Below, piece after piece: positions 13,237-24,224 of a stretch of 47,974 bases of DNA. The notes beneath the pieces are model-generated. The model did not search any database. It worked only from the letters and a program-made list of their open reading frames with translations, and was not told the DNA's origin. The position numbers and the translations under genes are program-made. The DNA comes from a candidate division WOR-3 bacterium (GTDB lineage Bacteria > Hydrothermota > Hydrothermia > B15-G9 > WFZT01), in the NCBI GenBank assembly GCA_027053075.1, contig JALUEE010000042.1, positions 1-47,974 on the forward strand, read 5' to 3'. Positions within the stretch are counted from its first letter, which is position 1, and each line of letters opens with the position of its first letter.

Positions 13237-14076
13237 ATGGGAATTAAAAAATACAAGCCATATACACCGTCAAGACGCTTCATGAGCACTGTTAACTACA
13301 GTGAGCTGACGAAGAAGGAGCCTGAGAAGTCATTAACGATTACGCTTCCGAAGACCGGTGGAAGAAACAACCTGGGGCGTATTACAGTTAGGTTTAGAGG
13401 TGGCGGAAATAAGAGGAAGTACAGGATTATTGATTTCAGAAGAGAGAAATTTGGAATCCCTGCAAAGGTTAAATCTATCGAGTATGACCCATTCAGGACA
13501 GCATGGATTGCTCTCCTGCAGTATGTCGACGGAGAAAAAAGATATATTTTGGCGCCTGACGGTTTAAAAGTTGGAGATACGGTGGTATCAGGGCCGGGCT
13601 CTGAGCTGAAGGTGGGAAATGCCCTCCCTCTCTCAGAAATTCCAGAGGGATGGGAGATTCACAATATAGAGCTCGTGCCTGGAAAAGGTGGGCAGCTTGT
13701 CCGCTCTGCCGGAGCGGCAGCAGTAATCCTTTCAAAGGAAGGAAAATATGCCCACGTTCAGCTGCCATCAGGTGAGGTGAGATTGATTAACCAGAAATGT
13801 CTTGCGACTATCGGAAGAGTTTCTAACGTTGACCATGAGAATGTGGATATAGGAAAGGCTGGTAGAAAGAGATGGATGGGCAGACGTCCACACGTGAGAG
13901 GAATGGTGATGAACCCGGTTGACCATCCCCTTGGTGGAGGCGAGGGTAGATCCAAGAGCGGAAGACCACCTTCAAGTCCATGGGGTCTTGTTGACGGCAA
14001 GAAGACCAGGAAAAAGAGGAAACCTTCTGACAGGTTCATCGTTAAAAGACGCACTGCTAAGAAGCGGAGGAAATAA
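13237..14076 (+). CDS. rplB: 50S ribosomal protein L2
   Basis: [31 protein letters not shown]. Confidence 0.99.
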   Translation: MGIKKYKPYTPSRRFMSTVNYSELTKKEPEKSLTITLPKTGGRNNLGRITVRFRGGGNKRKYRIIDFRREKFGIPAKVKSIEYDPFRTAWIALLQYVDGEKRYILAPDGLKVGDTVVSGPGSELKVGNALPLSEIPEGWEIHNIELVPGKGGQLVRSAGAAAVILSKEGKYAHVQLPSGEVRLINQKCLATIGRVSNVDHENVDIGKAGRKRWMGRRPHVRGMVMNPVDHPLGGGEGRSKSGRPPSSPWGLVDGKKTRKKRKPSDRFIVKRRTAKKRRK

Positions 14077-14078
14077 TC

Positions 14079-14366
14079 ATGGGCAGATCCATTAAAAAAG
14101 GACCCTATGTTGATCCGAAATTACTGAAGAAAATTCAGGAGCTTAACGAAAAGGGTGAGAAAAAGGTAATCAAAACCTGGTCGAGACGCTCTACCATTCT
14201 GCCGGAGTTTGTTGGACATACGATTGCGGTGCATAACGGCAGGAAGTTCATTCCGGTCTATATCCATCAGGACATGGTAGGTCACAAGCTGGGTGAGTTT
14301 GCTCCAACGAGAACCTATAGAGGCCACAAAGACATGAAAAAGGCTCAGAAAGGGAAGGTGAGATAA
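14079..14366 (+). CDS. rpsS: 30S ribosomal protein S19
   Basis: [27 protein letters not shown]. Confidence 0.99.
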   Translation: MGRSIKKGPYVDPKLLKKIQELNEKGEKKVIKTWSRRSTILPEFVGHTIAVHNGRKFIPVYIHQDMVGHKLGEFAPTRTYRGHKDMKKAQKGKVR

Positions 14367-14698
14367 TGGCAGTGGGAAGAGCGATTTTGAAATATCAGAG
14401 AATCTCACCCAAGAAGGTTAAGCCTGTTATGGATTTGGTTAGAGGAAAGAGCGTGCCTCAGGCAGAGGCAATTTTAGCTTTTTCAAAGAAAAAGGCAGCA
14501 AGGTTAATTGAGAAGGCGCTTAAAGCGGCGGTAGCTTCCTACACGGAGAAACATCCAGTGGAAAAAGACCAGCTAAGAGTTGTGGTTGCCAAGGTTGATA
14601 AAGGACCTACAATGAGAAGAATTAGACCTGCATGGCGTGGAAGAGCTGTGTTGATTAGACACAGAATGTCCCACATAACCATTCAAGTCTCTGAATAG
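14366..14698 (+). CDS. rplV: 50S ribosomal protein L22
   Basis: [30 protein letters not shown]. Confidence 0.97.
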   Translation: MAVGRAILKYQRISPKKVKPVMDLVRGKSVPQAEAILAFSKKKAARLIEKALKAAVASYTEKHPVEKDQLRVVVAKVDKGPTMRRIRPAWRGRAVLIRHRMSHITIQVSE

Positions 14699-14706
14699 GA
14701 GGAAGT

Positions 14707-15369
14707 ATGGGACAGAAAGTTCATCCGATAGGATTTAGATTGGGAGTTACAAAGGACTGGAAAGCCCACTGGTTTGCCGAGGGTAAAGACCTTGAGGCAA
14801 ACCTTCAAGAGGACCTTAAGATTAGGCAGTATCTGAGAACGAGACTCAAGGATGCACAGGTTGCTGACATTATCATTGATAGAGCCGCTGAGAAGTTGAG
14901 TATCAATATTTACACATCGAGACCGGGTGTTGTGATTGGTAGACGAGGTTCCGAGGTAGAGGTTCTGAGACGCGAGCTCATGGAACTTACCGGAAAAAGG
15001 GATATTAACATCAACGTCCACGAGGTAAGGATTCCTGAGATTCAGGCAGAGCTTGTAGCCCAGTCCATTGCCCAGAAGATAGAACAGCGTGTTTCACACA
15101 GAAGGGCGATGAAGCGTGCAGTTGATATGGCAATGAGGATGGGTGCTAAGGGAATCAAGGTGCAGACCAAGGGAAGACTCGGCGGAGCCGAGATTGCCCG
15201 TAAAGAATGGTACAGAAAGGGCAGAGTGCCTCTTCAAACCCTGAGAGCGGACATTGATTACGCCGAAGCTACAGCTTACACCAAGTATGGGACAATTGGC
15301 GTGAAGGTATGGATTTACAAGGGCGAGATTCTTACAAAGAAGCATACAGAAGAGGAGGAGGTTTACTGA
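14707..15369 (+). CDS. rpsC: 30S ribosomal protein S3
   Basis: [35 protein letters not shown]. Confidence 0.99.
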   Translation: MGQKVHPIGFRLGVTKDWKAHWFAEGKDLEANLQEDLKIRQYLRTRLKDAQVADIIIDRAAEKLSINIYTSRPGVVIGRRGSEVEVLRRELMELTGKRDININVHEVRIPEIQAELVAQSIAQKIEQRVSHRRAMKRAVDMAMRMGAKGIKVQTKGRLGGAEIARKEWYRKGRVPLQTLRADIDYAEATAYTKYGTIGVKVWIYKGEILTKKHTEEEEVY

Positions 15370-15370
15370 G

Positions 15371-15790
15371 ATGTTGATGCCAAAGAGGACAAAATATAGA
15401 AAACAGCACAGAGGACGCAGAAAGGGTAAAGCAACTTCAGGAAACTACATTGCTTTTGGAGAATATGGATTAAAGGCCCTTGAGGCCCACTGGATTACTG
15501 GAAACCAGATTGAGGCGGCACGTCTTGCCATTACAAGATATCTTAAAAAAGGTGGAAAACTCTGGATAAGAATTTTCCCGGATAAACCAGTGACGAAAAA
15601 ACCTGCTGAGACACGTATGGGGAAGGGTAAAGGAAACGTTGATCGTTGGGTAGCAGTGGTCAAGCCAGGAAGGATACTCTTTGAGCTTGCCGGTGTGACC
15701 GAAGAGCAGGCGAGAGAAGCTTTCAGGAAGGCTTCCTTTAAACTCCCCATAAAGACGAGGTTTGTGTCTCTTAAGGAAGGAGGAGTATGA
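15371..15790 (+). CDS. rplP: 50S ribosomal protein L16
   Basis: [24 protein letters not shown]. Confidence 0.99.
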   Translation: MLMPKRTKYRKQHRGRRKGKATSGNYIAFGEYGLKALEAHWITGNQIEAARLAITRYLKKGGKLWIRIFPDKPVTKKPAETRMGKGKGNVDRWVAVVKPGRILFELAGVTEEQAREAFRKASFKLPIKTRFVSLKEGGV

Positions 15791-16002
15791 TGAAGGCGAG
15801 AGAGCTGAGAGAGCTCACCGACGACGAGCTGCGCCAGAAACTGAGTGATTTGAAAGAAGAGCTCTTTAACCTCAGATTCCAGCACGCCCAGAAGGCGGAG
15901 GTGAAGTCCCACATGTTCAAGCTTCTTAAGAAGGACATTGCGAGGATTCTCACAATCCTGAGGGAAAGAGAGCTTCAGAAATCCGGGAGTGGAGCAAAAT
16001 GA
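15787..16002 (+). CDS. rpmC: 50S ribosomal protein L29
   Basis: MKARELRE..., [17 protein letters not shown]. Confidence 0.96.
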   Translation: MMKARELRELTDDELRQKLSDLKEELFNLRFQHAQKAEVKSHMFKLLKKDIARILTILRERELQKSGSGAK

Positions 16003-16295
16003 AAGAGAGACGTGGTTTTAGAAAAGAAAGAGTCGGCAAAGTTGTCTCCGATAAGATGAATAAAACGCGGGTCGTGGTCGTCGAGAGGATTGTTAAACAC
16101 CCTCTCTACAAGAAGTATATCAAGGTCAGGAAAAAGTACTACGTTCATGATGAGCACAATGAATCCAGAGAGGGTGACATTGTGAGAATCATGGAGACCA
16201 GGCCCCTTTCTAAGTTAAAGAGATGGAGACTTGTGGAAATCTTGAGAAAGGCTGAGCGTCCCGAAGACCTTCTAAATAAGGAGGAAGAAAAATGA
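15999..16295 (+). CDS. rpsQ: 30S ribosomal protein S17
   Basis: [28 protein letters not shown]. Confidence 0.98.
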   Translation: MKERRGFRKERVGKVVSDKMNKTRVVVVERIVKHPLYKKYIKVRKKYYVHDEHNESREGDIVRIMETRPLSKLKRWRLVEILRKAERPEDLLNKEEEK

Positions 16296-16660
16296 TTCAG
16301 GATTTCACAAGATTAAAGATTGCCGATAACACTGGTGCTCAGGAAGCAATGGTCATTAAGGTTTTAGGTGGCTCGAGAAGAAAATATGCTTATGTGGGCG
16401 ATGTTGTAGTTGTGACTATCAAAGAGGCTGTCCCCGGTTCTTCAGTTAAAAAAGGTGATGTGATGAAGGCTGTGATTGTGAGAACGAGAAAAGAGATGCG
16501 TAGAAAGGATGGCACCTATATTAAATTTGACGACAACGCTGCTGTACTCATTGACCAGTACAACGATCCAAAGGGAACTCGTGTCTTCGGCCCAGTAGCA
16601 AGAGAGCTGAGAGAGAAGAGATTTATGAAGATTGTCTCACTTGCACCGGAGGTGGTATAA
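16292..16660 (+). CDS. rplN: 50S ribosomal protein L14
   Basis: [31 protein letters not shown]. Confidence 0.99.
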   Translation: MIQDFTRLKIADNTGAQEAMVIKVLGGSRRKYAYVGDVVVVTIKEAVPGSSVKKGDVMKAVIVRTRKEMRRKDGTYIKFDDNAAVLIDQYNDPKGTRVFGPVARELREKRFMKIVSLAPEVV

Positions 16661-16987
16661 ATGGCGGCGAAGATTAAGAAAGGCGATACCGTGCTGGTGG
16701 TGAAGGGTGACCACAACAGGACTCGCGGAAAAATCGGGAAAGTCATTAAGGTTTTTCCTGAGACAAACAGAATTATCGTTGAAGACGTTAATAAGGTTAA
16801 GAAGCACCAGAGAAGGACTTCTCCTGAAGAGCCGCACGGAATTATCGAAATGGAAGCTCCAATTCACGTTTCTAACGTTAGACTTATCTGCCCGAACTGT
16901 GGAAATCCGACACGCGTGGGATTCAAGTTTCTCGAGGATGGAAGAAAGGTCAGGTACTGCAAAAAATGCGGTGAGGTGATTGAGTGA
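16661..16987 (+). CDS. rplX: 50S ribosomal protein L24
   Basis: [20 protein letters not shown]...CKKC. Confidence 0.98.
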   Translation: MAAKIKKGDTVLVVKGDHNRTRGKIGKVIKVFPETNRIIVEDVNKVKKHQRRTSPEEPHGIIEMEAPIHVSNVRLICPNCGNPTRVGFKFLEDGRKVRYCKKCGEVIE

Positions 16988-17529
16988 TGTCGAGATATCT
17001 CAAGGAATACAAAGAGAAAATCAGACCGAAATTGATGAAAGAGCTTGGATATAAAAATATCCACCAGGTGCCGAGGATCGAGAAAATCGTGGTTAATGTG
17101 GGTGTTGGTGAGGCTGTTCAGGACCCGAAGATTCTGGATGTGATTGCTCAGGACCTTGCAATGATTACCGGACAGTGGCCGGTGATTAGAAGAGCAAGAA
17201 AGGCAGTTGCTGCATTCCATCTTAGAAAAGGAATGCCCATTGGTCTTAAAGTTACCCTTCGTGGAAGAATGGCTCACGATTTTCTTGATAGATTGATCAA
17301 TTTTGCACTGCCACGTGTGAGAGATTTCCGAGGATTGCCAAGAGATTCCTTTGATGGAAGAGGCAATTATAACTTTGGGTTGAATGAGCACACAGTTTTT
17401 CCCGAAATCGACATCGATAAAGTTAAAAAGGTTTTTGGAATGGATATAGCGATTGTTACCACTGCGGAGACCGACGAAGAGGCAATGAAGCTTCTTGAGG
17501 AATTTGGTTTTCCGTTTGAGAGGAGGTAA
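16984..17529 (+). CDS. rplE: 50S ribosomal protein L5 (start may be ATG 16987)
   Basis: [25 protein letters not shown]. Confidence 0.98.
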   Translation: MMSRYLKEYKEKIRPKLMKELGYKNIHQVPRIEKIVVNVGVGEAVQDPKILDVIAQDLAMITGQWPVIRRARKAVAAFHLRKGMPIGLKVTLRGRMAHDFLDRLINFALPRVRDFRGLPRDSFDGRGNYNFGLNEHTVFPEIDIDKVKKVFGMDIAIVTTAETDEEAMKLLEEFGFPFERR

Positions 17530-17535
17530 TGAGAA

Positions 17536-17724
17536 TTGGCAAGGAAAGCTAAAGTCGTTAAGACATTTATGAAAGAGCCCAAGTTTAAGGTGAGACACAG
17601 AAACAGGTGTAAGAGGTGTGGAAGACCACACGGTTACATTCGTAAGTTTGGTCTGTGTCGCATCTGTTTTAGAGAGCTTGCCCTGCGCGGGGAGATCCCC
17701 GGGGTTAAGAAGGCAAGCTGGTGA
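17536..17724 (+). CDS. rpsN: 30S ribosomal protein S14, zinc-binding type Z
   Basis: TTG start. RCKRCGR...GLCRICFRE...PGVKKASW. Confidence 0.97.
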   Translation: MARKAKVVKTFMKEPKFKVRHRNRCKRCGRPHGYIRKFGLCRICFRELALRGEIPGVKKASW

Positions 17725-17736
17725 GGAGGTCGAACT

Positions 17737-18135
17737 ATGAATACAGATCCAATTGCTGATATGCTGACAAGGATCAGGAATGCGGTTAGAAACAGGAAAG
17801 AAGAGGTTATAATAGAGCCGAAATCCAATCTCAAGCTGGAAATTCTGAAGATTATGAAGCGCGAAGGTTTCATTCAGGATTATCAGGTTATTTCCGAAGA
17901 AAGAGGCGGTAAGATTAAGGTCGTGCTCAAGTATGACGAGACTGGTGAGCCTGTGATTGAGGACCTGCAGAGAGTTTCTAAACCTTCAAGGCGGATATAT
18001 GTTAGCTCCGATAAGATTCCATGGGTGAAAAACGGAATGGGAATTGCGATAATTTCTACTTCACAGGGACTGATGACCGACCGCGAGGCGAGAAGGAAGA
18101 AGGTCGGCGGCGAGCTTATGCTCTATGTCTGGTAG
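17737..18135 (+). CDS. rpsH: 30S ribosomal protein S8
   Basis: TDPIADMLTRIRNA, SKPSRRIY, STSQG. Confidence 0.99.
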   Translation: MNTDPIADMLTRIRNAVRNRKEEVIIEPKSNLKLEILKIMKREGFIQDYQVISEERGGKIKVVLKYDETGEPVIEDLQRVSKPSRRIYVSSDKIPWVKNGMGIAIISTSQGLMTDREARRKKVGGELMLYVW

Positions 18136-18147
18136 GGAGGAGATACT

Positions 18148-18690
18148 ATGTCGAGGATAGGAAAGTTACCAATAACCATTCCAGATGGGGTTACTGTTGA
18201 ATATAAGGATGGCCTCATTAAGGTTAAAGGTCCCAAAGGGGAGCTCCAGTTCAGGCATCACCCGGATATGATTGTGGAAATCAAGGACAAAGAAATTGTT
18301 GTTAAGAGACCTTCTGATAAAAAATTCCACAGGGCTCTTCATGGGACCACAAGGCAGATTATTAACAACATGATTATTGGTGTTAAAGACGGATTTAAGA
18401 AGGAACTTGAGGTAAATGGAACCGGTTACAGGGCAAAAATGGAAGGCAAGAATCTCGTTCTCCAGGTCGGATTTTCTCATGACGTCGTTATGACACCCCC
18501 CGAAGGGATTACCGTTAAAGTTGAAGGGCAGAATAAGATAATTGTTGAAGGAATTGACAAGCAAAAAGTAGGCCAGTTTGCCGCCAATATTAGAGCCGTG
18601 AGGCCACCTGAACCTTACAAGGGTAAAGGAATTAAATACGTTGGTGAGCACATTAGGCGAAAAGCTGGTAAGGCTGGCGTAAAAGCCTGA
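18148..18690 (+). CDS. rplF: 50S ribosomal protein L6
   Basis: MSRIGKLPI, RPPEPYKGKG. Confidence 0.99.
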   Translation: MSRIGKLPITIPDGVTVEYKDGLIKVKGPKGELQFRHHPDMIVEIKDKEIVVKRPSDKKFHRALHGTTRQIINNMIIGVKDGFKKELEVNGTGYRAKMEGKNLVLQVGFSHDVVMTPPEGITVKVEGQNKIIVEGIDKQKVGQFAANIRAVRPPEPYKGKGIKYVGEHIRRKAGKAGVKA

Positions 18691-18703
18691 TTGAGGTGAG
18701 AAT

Positions 18704-19081
18704 ATGAGACCAGAGATTAAGGTTTGGAAAAGGAAGAGAAGACATTTAAGGGTTAGAAAAAAGGTTAAAGGGACCGAGGAGAGGCCCAGATTGGTAGTGT
18801 ATAAGAGCAATAAGCACATCTGGGCTCAGATAGTAGTTGATCCTCCAATCGGTCCTTCACGTGTGATTACCGGAGCATCATCACTCTCACCGGAGATTCG
18901 CGAGCAGCTTAAGGAAGTCAAAGGAAAGATTGCGAAGGCCAAAGAGGTTGGAAAGCTCATTGCAAAGCGCGCGATGGAAAAGGGAATTACACAGGTGGCG
19001 TTTGACCGCGCTGGCTACAAGTACCACGGCAGGGTCAAGGCCCTTGCCGATGGCGCCAGAGAAGGCGGCCTGAAATTTTAA
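18704..19081 (+). CDS. rplR: 50S ribosomal protein L18
   Basis: [34 protein letters not shown]. Confidence 0.98.
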   Translation: MRPEIKVWKRKRRHLRVRKKVKGTEERPRLVVYKSNKHIWAQIVVDPPIGPSRVITGASSLSPEIREQLKEVKGKIAKAKEVGKLIAKRAMEKGITQVAFDRAGYKYHGRVKALADGAREGGLKF

Positions 19082-19093
19082 AGGAGTTAGAAT

Positions 19094-19672
19094 ATGGCAG
19101 AAAGAGGCGTTACAGAGCTTAATGAAAACGTCGTTGTTTTAAAAAGGGTTACGAAGGTTACCAAGGGTGGAAGGAACTTCAAAATTTCAGCCTGGGTTGT
19201 AGTAGGCGATGGACAGGGTAGAGTAGGAATCGGTCACGGAAAAGCACAGGAGACCCCTGAGGCCATACAGAAGGCGACAAGAAAGGCGAGGAAGAATCTT
19301 GTTAGTGTGCCAATTTTGAATGGAACACTTCCCCACGAGGTTATTGGTCGTGAAGGTGCGAGTAAGATTCTTCTGAAACCTGCTGCACCGGGTACCGGAA
19401 TTATTGCTTCCCAGCCAGTTCGTGCAATCCTTGAGGCTGCAGGTTATACAGATGCACTGACCAAGTCCCTTGGTTCCAACAATTCAATCAACATGCTCAA
19501 GGCTACTTTGAATGGACTGCTCAAGCTGAAAAATCCAGATAAGGTTGCTAAGGTTAGAGGTGTACCTCTCAAAACCATTTTAAGGAGGTATGGTCGTGAA
19601 AGAAAAGTACTTGAAGATCAAGTTAGTGAGGAGCAGAATAGACCAGAACAAGAAAGCCAAGAGAACGCTTGA
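19094..19672 (+). CDS. rpsE: 30S ribosomal protein S5
   Basis: [24 protein letters not shown]. The C-terminal tail overlaps rpmD. Confidence 0.98.
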   Translation: MAERGVTELNENVVVLKRVTKVTKGGRNFKISAWVVVGDGQGRVGIGHGKAQETPEAIQKATRKARKNLVSVPILNGTLPHEVIGREGASKILLKPAAPGTGIIASQPVRAILEAAGYTDALTKSLGSNNSINMLKATLNGLLKLKNPDKVAKVRGVPLKTILRRYGRERKVLEDQVSEEQNRPEQESQENA

Positions 19673-19793
19673 TGCTCTCGGTTTGAGAAAGCTTAACAGG
19701 GAAGTTGTGAAGAGAGATACGCCCCAGATCAGGGGTATGATTGAGGTTGTGAAGCATCTCGTTAGGGTTGAAGAATTCGAAAAGGAGGAATAG
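19596..19793 (+). CDS. rpmD: 50S ribosomal protein L30
   Basis: KIKLVRS...LDALGLRK...[20 protein letters not shown] (19583-19588) is spaced properly for GTG 19596, not for ATG 19590. Confidence 0.93.
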   Translation: MKEKYLKIKLVRSRIDQNKKAKRTLDALGLRKLNREVVKRDTPQIRGMIEVVKHLVRVEEFEKEE

Positions 19794-19797
19794 GACG

Positions 19798-20277
19798 ATG
19801 TTTGATCTTTCGAATCTGGCACCTGCAAACGGTGCGGTTAAAGAGAAGAAGAGAAAGGGAAGAGGTCCCGGTTCGGGTCTTGGAAAGACGGCCGGCTATG
19901 GACACAAGGGACAGAAATCCCGCTCTGGTGGTGCAAAACCAAGATGGTTTGAAGGTGGCCAGATGCCACTTTACAGAAGGCTACCAAAGCGCGGATTTTC
20001 CAACTATCCCTTTAAGATTGTATATCAGGTTGTGAATCTCAACCGGCTTGATGCAAAGTTTAAGGCTGGTGAGATTGCAACGAAAGAGGAGATGGAGAAG
20101 AGGAGACTCATACGCTCTGCAGATGCGCCAGTTAAGGTTCTTGCAAACGGCGAGATTACAAAGGCTATTGAAGTTCACGTTGATGCCATAAGTGCAAAAG
20201 CAAAGGAGAAGATTGAGAAGGCAGGTGGTAAAGTAATTTTACTCGGTGCTAAAAAAGAAGAAGCAAAAGAGGAATAA
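19798..20277 (+). CDS. rplO: 50S ribosomal protein L15
   Basis: GRGPGSGLGKTAGYGHKGQKSRSG, FEGGQMPL. ATG 19798 follows AGGAGG. Confidence 0.97.
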   Translation: MFDLSNLAPANGAVKEKKRKGRGPGSGLGKTAGYGHKGQKSRSGGAKPRWFEGGQMPLYRRLPKRGFSNYPFKIVYQVVNLNRLDAKFKAGEIATKEEMEKRRLIRSADAPVKVLANGEITKAIEVHVDAISAKAKEKIEKAGGKVILLGAKKEEAKEE

Positions 20278-20280
20278 AGG

Positions 20281-21591
20281 ATGCTCCAGAGCGTCGGTAA
20301 CATAGTAAAGATAAGTGACCTGAGGAAAAAGATTCTTTGGACCCTTCTCATCATCTTCGTCTACAGGATCGGTACACATATTCCACTTCCAGGAGTTGAC
20401 GCGAGAGCACTCGGTGAGTTCTTCAACCAGCTGAGAGGCACAGTCTTCGGACTCTACGACATCTTCGTCGGTGGTGCTCTCTCGAGGGCTGCGGTCTTCG
20501 GCGTGGGAATTATGCCCTACATTTCTGCGTCAATCGTCATCCAGTTGTTAACTACTGCCTGGCCATATCTTGAGAGACTACAGAAAGAAGGTGAGCACGG
20601 AAGGAGAAAGATAAACCAATACACAAGGTATCTGACCATCGTTATTGCTGCTATTCAGGCCTTTGGTGTTTCTATTTTCCTTCAGAGACTGACGAGCCCC
20701 TCAGGTGCACCGGTTGTGCCCCATCCAGGACTGGGATTCATCTTTCTCACAGTGGTTGCACTTTCGGCAGGCTCAATTTTCCTCATGTGGCTTGGTGAGC
20801 AGATAACCGATTTTGGGATTGGAAATGGAATCTCCATCATCATCTTCGCTGGAACCCTTGACTCGGTGCCAAACGAATTCATGAACACCATAAGGCTTTT
20901 GAAGAGTGGAGGAATTTCCCCTATCACGCTCCTTTTTGTCGCTGTTGTGATGCTCCTTGTGACTGCCGCTGTTGTGGCTGTGACCGAGGCCCAGAGAAGA
21001 ATACCAATCCAGTACGCCAAGAGAGTGGTCGGGAGAAGGGTCTATGGTGGACAATCGTCTTATTTGCCACTAACGGTTAACACAGCTGGCGTTATTCCGA
21101 TTATCTTTGCACAGGCTTTATTGATGTTTCCCAATACTATTACGACTTTTGTTACTGCGCCCTGGGCTCAAAGCTTCACTCAATGGTTTAAACCTGGAAA
21201 TTTAGTTTATGACCTGCTTTACGCTGCATTAATCATCTTCTTTGCCTACTATTACACCGCAGTTGTCATGAATCCGAAAGACCTCGCTGATAACCTTCAG
21301 AGGTACTCTGGTTTTATACCCGGAGTGCGACCCGGTCCAAAGACGGCTGAATACATTGACACGATTATGACGAGGATTCTTTTGCCAGGCGCTGTATTCT
21401 TCGCTCTGATTGCAATCCTGCCGTGGTATCTCATCAAGTGGACAAATATCCCATTTTACTTCGGTGGCACGAGGCTCCTGATTATTGTGGGAGTGGCCCT
21501 TGAGATTATGCAGAAGATTGAAGCTCAGCTCATTATGAGGCAGTATGAGGGGCTTTTGAAGAAAGGGAGATTGAGAGGATGGCGGTTCTAA
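20281..21591 (+). CDS. secY: Preprotein translocase subunit SecY
   Basis: GIMPYISASI, GIGNGISIII, FIPGVRPG, FGGTRLLI; multiple TM segments. Confidence 0.99.
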   Translation: MLQSVGNIVKISDLRKKILWTLLIIFVYRIGTHIPLPGVDARALGEFFNQLRGTVFGLYDIFVGGALSRAAVFGVGIMPYISASIVIQLLTTAWPYLERLQKEGEHGRRKINQYTRYLTIVIAAIQAFGVSIFLQRLTSPSGAPVVPHPGLGFIFLTVVALSAGSIFLMWLGEQITDFGIGNGISIIIFAGTLDSVPNEFMNTIRLLKSGGISPITLLFVAVVMLLVTAAVVAVTEAQRRIPIQYAKRVVGRRVYGGQSSYLPLTVNTAGVIPIIFAQALLMFPNTITTFVTAPWAQSFTQWFKPGNLVYDLLYAALIIFFAYYYTAVVMNPKDLADNLQRYSGFIPGVRPGPKTAEYIDTIMTRILLPGAVFFALIAILPWYLIKWTNIPFYFGGTRLLIIVGVALEIMQKIEAQLIMRQYEGLLKKGRLRGWRF

Positions 21592-22226
21592 ATTTCATTT
21601 TTCTCGGGCCTCCAGGTGCTGGAAAGGGGACCCAGGCAGAAATCATAGCGAAGAAGCATGGCCTCGTGAAAATATCCACAGGAGATATCCTGAGGGAGGC
21701 CGTGAAGAATGGAACTGAGCTTGGAAAGCTTGCCGATGGATATATGAAAGCTGGTGAGCTTGTCCCTGATGAGATAATGCTTGGACTCATCGAAGAGCAA
21801 CTTGAGAAAATTGATAAGGGGTTCATCCTCGATGGTTTCCCGAGAACTGTTAAGCAGGCTGAAGGGCTGGATGAGTTGCTGAAAAAGAAGAACATGCCAT
21901 TAAAGGCAGTCATTCTCCTTGATGTACCTGATGAGGAGATTGTAAAAAGATTGAGTGCCAGACGCGTTTGCCCCAACTGTGGCGCTGTTTACAACATGAT
22001 TTACAATCCGCCGAAGAATGATGAAATCTGTGATGTTTGCGGGACTAAGCTGGTTCAGAGAAAAGATGACAATCCCGAGACGATAAAGCGCAGACTCGCC
22101 GTATATCACGAGCAGACGGCTCCCCTTATTGACTATTACAAAGAAAAAGGGTTACTTGTAAGAATTGATGGTACCGGTGAGCCTGAGAAAATTACACGCG
22201 CAATCGAGGAAGTGATTTTTAAATGA
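21579..22226 (+). CDS. adk: Adenylate kinase (Zn-lid type)
   Basis: GPPGAGKGTQ, STGDILR, LDGFPR, CPNC...CDVC. Confidence 0.98.
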   Translation: MAVLNFIFLGPPGAGKGTQAEIIAKKHGLVKISTGDILREAVKNGTELGKLADGYMKAGELVPDEIMLGLIEEQLEKIDKGFILDGFPRTVKQAEGLDELLKKKNMPLKAVILLDVPDEEIVKRLSARRVCPNCGAVYNMIYNPPKNDEICDVCGTKLVQRKDDNPETIKRRLAVYHEQTAPLIDYYKEKGLLVRIDGTGEPEKITRAIEEVIFK

Positions 22227-22972
22227 TAATTATCAAAACCGATGAGGAAATCGAGGGCATTAGAAAAGCGGGAATTGTTGTTGCCGAGGTCCTCGAGTAC
22301 TCAAGAGAAATTGTAAAGCCCGGAGTGATGACCAAAGAGGTGGACGAAAAGATACACAGGTTTATAGAGGATCGTGGCGGGTATCCAACTTTCCTTGGTT
22401 ACAGAGGATTCCCCGCGGCAAGTTGTATTTCTTTAAACGATGAGGTTGTTCATGGCATTCCGGGCAACAGGAAGATTAAGGAGGGAGACCTTGTAAAGGT
22501 GGATGTGGGGGTTACTTTAAATGGGTACATCGGTGATGCCGCAATCACTATAATTGTTGGCGATGTGCCCGAAAAGGTGAGAAAACTTGTAGAAACTACA
22601 GAGAGGGCGCTTTACCGGGGTATTGATCAGGCAAAGCCCGGTAACAGATTATCTGACATTTCACATGCGATTCAGGAGAATGCGGAAAAAGAAGGATTTT
22701 CAGTGGTCAGGGACCTTGGAGGTCATGGAGTTGGATTAAAGCTCCACGAGGAGCCTTTTGTCCCTAACTATGGCCCGCCAGGTAGAGGGCCAATTTTGAA
22801 GAGAGGTATGACACTTGCGCTTGAGCCCATGGTCAACATGGGTCGACCGCATGTGAAAACAAAAAAGGATGGCTGGACCGTGGTCACAAAAGATGGCTCA
22901 CTTTCGGCTCATTTTGAGCATACGATAGCCATACTTGACAACGGGCCCGAAATCCTTACAAAAATACCATAA
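22223..22972 (+). CDS. map: Methionine aminopeptidase type I
   Basis: NDEVVHGIP, GHGVG..LHEEP, SAHFEHT. Confidence 0.98.
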   Translation: MIIIKTDEEIEGIRKAGIVVAEVLEYSREIVKPGVMTKEVDEKIHRFIEDRGGYPTFLGYRGFPAASCISLNDEVVHGIPGNRKIKEGDLVKVDVGVTLNGYIGDAAITIIVGDVPEKVRKLVETTERALYRGIDQAKPGNRLSDISHAIQENAEKEGFSVVRDLGGHGVGLKLHEEPFVPNYGPPGRGPILKRGMTLALEPMVNMGRPHVKTKKDGWTVVTKDGSLSAHFEHTIAILDNGPEILTKIP

Positions 22973-22981
22973 GGGAAGGCT

Positions 22982-23203
22982 ATGGCGAAGAAAAAGAACG
23001 TAATAAGGGTAGAAGGCACGGTAAAAGAAGTACTTCCAAATGCAATGTTCAGGGTTGAGCTGGAGAACGGGCACGTAATTCTTGCCCATGTCTCCGGTAA
23101 GATGCGGATGCACTTTATCAGAATTTTGCCAGGTGATAGAGTGACAGTGGAGTTATCCCCATACGACCTCACCCGCGGCAGAATAGTTTACAGGTATAAG
23201 TAA
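22982..23203 (+). CDS. infA: Translation initiation factor IF-1
   Basis: [23 protein letters not shown]. Confidence 0.99.
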   Translation: MAKKKNVIRVEGTVKEVLPNAMFRVELENGHVILAHVSGKMRMHFIRILPGDRVTVELSPYDLTRGRIVYRYK

Positions 23204-23245
23204 AAGGTTTTATTTGCGTCTGGTGGACAGACTTAAAAACAGTCA

Positions 23246-23274
23246 TTGACATAGGGAATTCAAGTTGGTATCAT
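23246..23274 (+). promoter_or_regulatory. sigma70 promoter for rpmJ and the alpha operon
   Basis: TTGACA (23246-51), 17-nt spacer, TG-n-TATCAT (23269-74; extended -10). Confidence 0.8.
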
Positions 23275-23313
23275 TATATACCTTTTGAATTCCCTGAATG
23301 GAGGAGATATACA

Positions 23314-23427
23314 ATGAAAGTAAGGTCTTCTGTCAAAAAAATGTGCCCTAAGTGCAAAATTGTGAGAAGAAGAGGAAAATTGATGGTTATTTGTGAGAAT
23401 CCCAAGCACAAGCAGAGGCAGGGTTAG
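23314..23427 (+). CDS. rpmJ: 50S ribosomal protein L36 (not in ORF track)
   Basis: Manual translation: [44 protein letters not shown]. Confidence 0.98.
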   Translation: MKVRSSVKKMCPKCKIVRRRGKLMVICENPKHKQRQG

Positions 23428-23439
23428 GAGGTATAGTTA

Positions 23440-23808
23440 ATGGCAAGAATTGCAGGTGTAGATTTACCGAGAAATAAAAAGGTGTGGGTAGGACTTACAT
23501 ACATTTTTGGTATTGGCCGTTCAACAGCCTGGAAAATCATCCGTGATTCTGGCGTTGATCCGGACAAGAGGGTAAAGGACCTGACCGAGGAAGAGATAGC
23601 GAAGCTCAGGGCTGAGGTGGATAAGTATAAGGTGGAAGGTGCTTTGAGAGCGGAGATTCAGAGAAATATTAAGAGGCTTATTGATATCGGATGTTATCGT
23701 GGTTTAAGGCATAAAATGGGCTTGCCTGTGAGAGGCCAGAGAACCCGTTCAAATGCCAGGACAAGGAAGGGACCGCGCGGTAACATCTTCAAGAAGAGGA
23801 AGAAATAA
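23440..23808 (+). CDS. rpsM: 30S ribosomal protein S13
   Basis: [27 protein letters not shown]. Confidence 0.99.
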   Translation: MARIAGVDLPRNKKVWVGLTYIFGIGRSTAWKIIRDSGVDPDKRVKDLTEEEIAKLRAEVDKYKVEGALRAEIQRNIKRLIDIGCYRGLRHKMGLPVRGQRTRSNARTRKGPRGNIFKKRKK

Positions 23809-23819
23809 GGAGGATTTTT

Positions 23820-24221
23820 ATGGCGAGAAGAAGAAGTGAAGCCACGAGGAGAAAGAAGAAAAAGGCTAAAGGTGTAGAGCCGGTTGGCATCGCTCATATT
23901 CAAAGCACTTTTAATAACACAATTGTGACAATTACCGATTTAAAAGGGAATACAATAGCCTGGGCAAGTTCAGGTTCAGTTGGTTTTTCAGGTACAAGGA
24001 AGGGGACCCCGTTTGCCGCTTCGAAAGCCGCTGAAGCAGCGGCAAAAGAGGCAAAAGACCTCGGTGTCCAGAGAGTTGAGGTCTGGGTCAAAGGTCCCGG
24101 ACCTGGAAGAGAAGCGGCAATCCGCGCAATTCAGGCTGCTGGCTTGCAGGTGTTCGCCATTAGAGACGTAACACCTATACCACACAACGGTTGCAGACCA
24201 CCCAAGAGGAGGAGAGTATAA
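23820..24221 (+). CDS. rpsK: 30S ribosomal protein S11
   Basis: [30 protein letters not shown]. Confidence 0.99.
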   Translation: MARRRSEATRRKKKKAKGVEPVGIAHIQSTFNNTIVTITDLKGNTIAWASSGSVGFSGTRKGTPFAASKAAEAAAKEAKDLGVQRVEVWVKGPGPGREAAIRAIQAAGLQVFAIRDVTPIPHNGCRPPKRRRV

Positions 24222-24224
24222 CAA

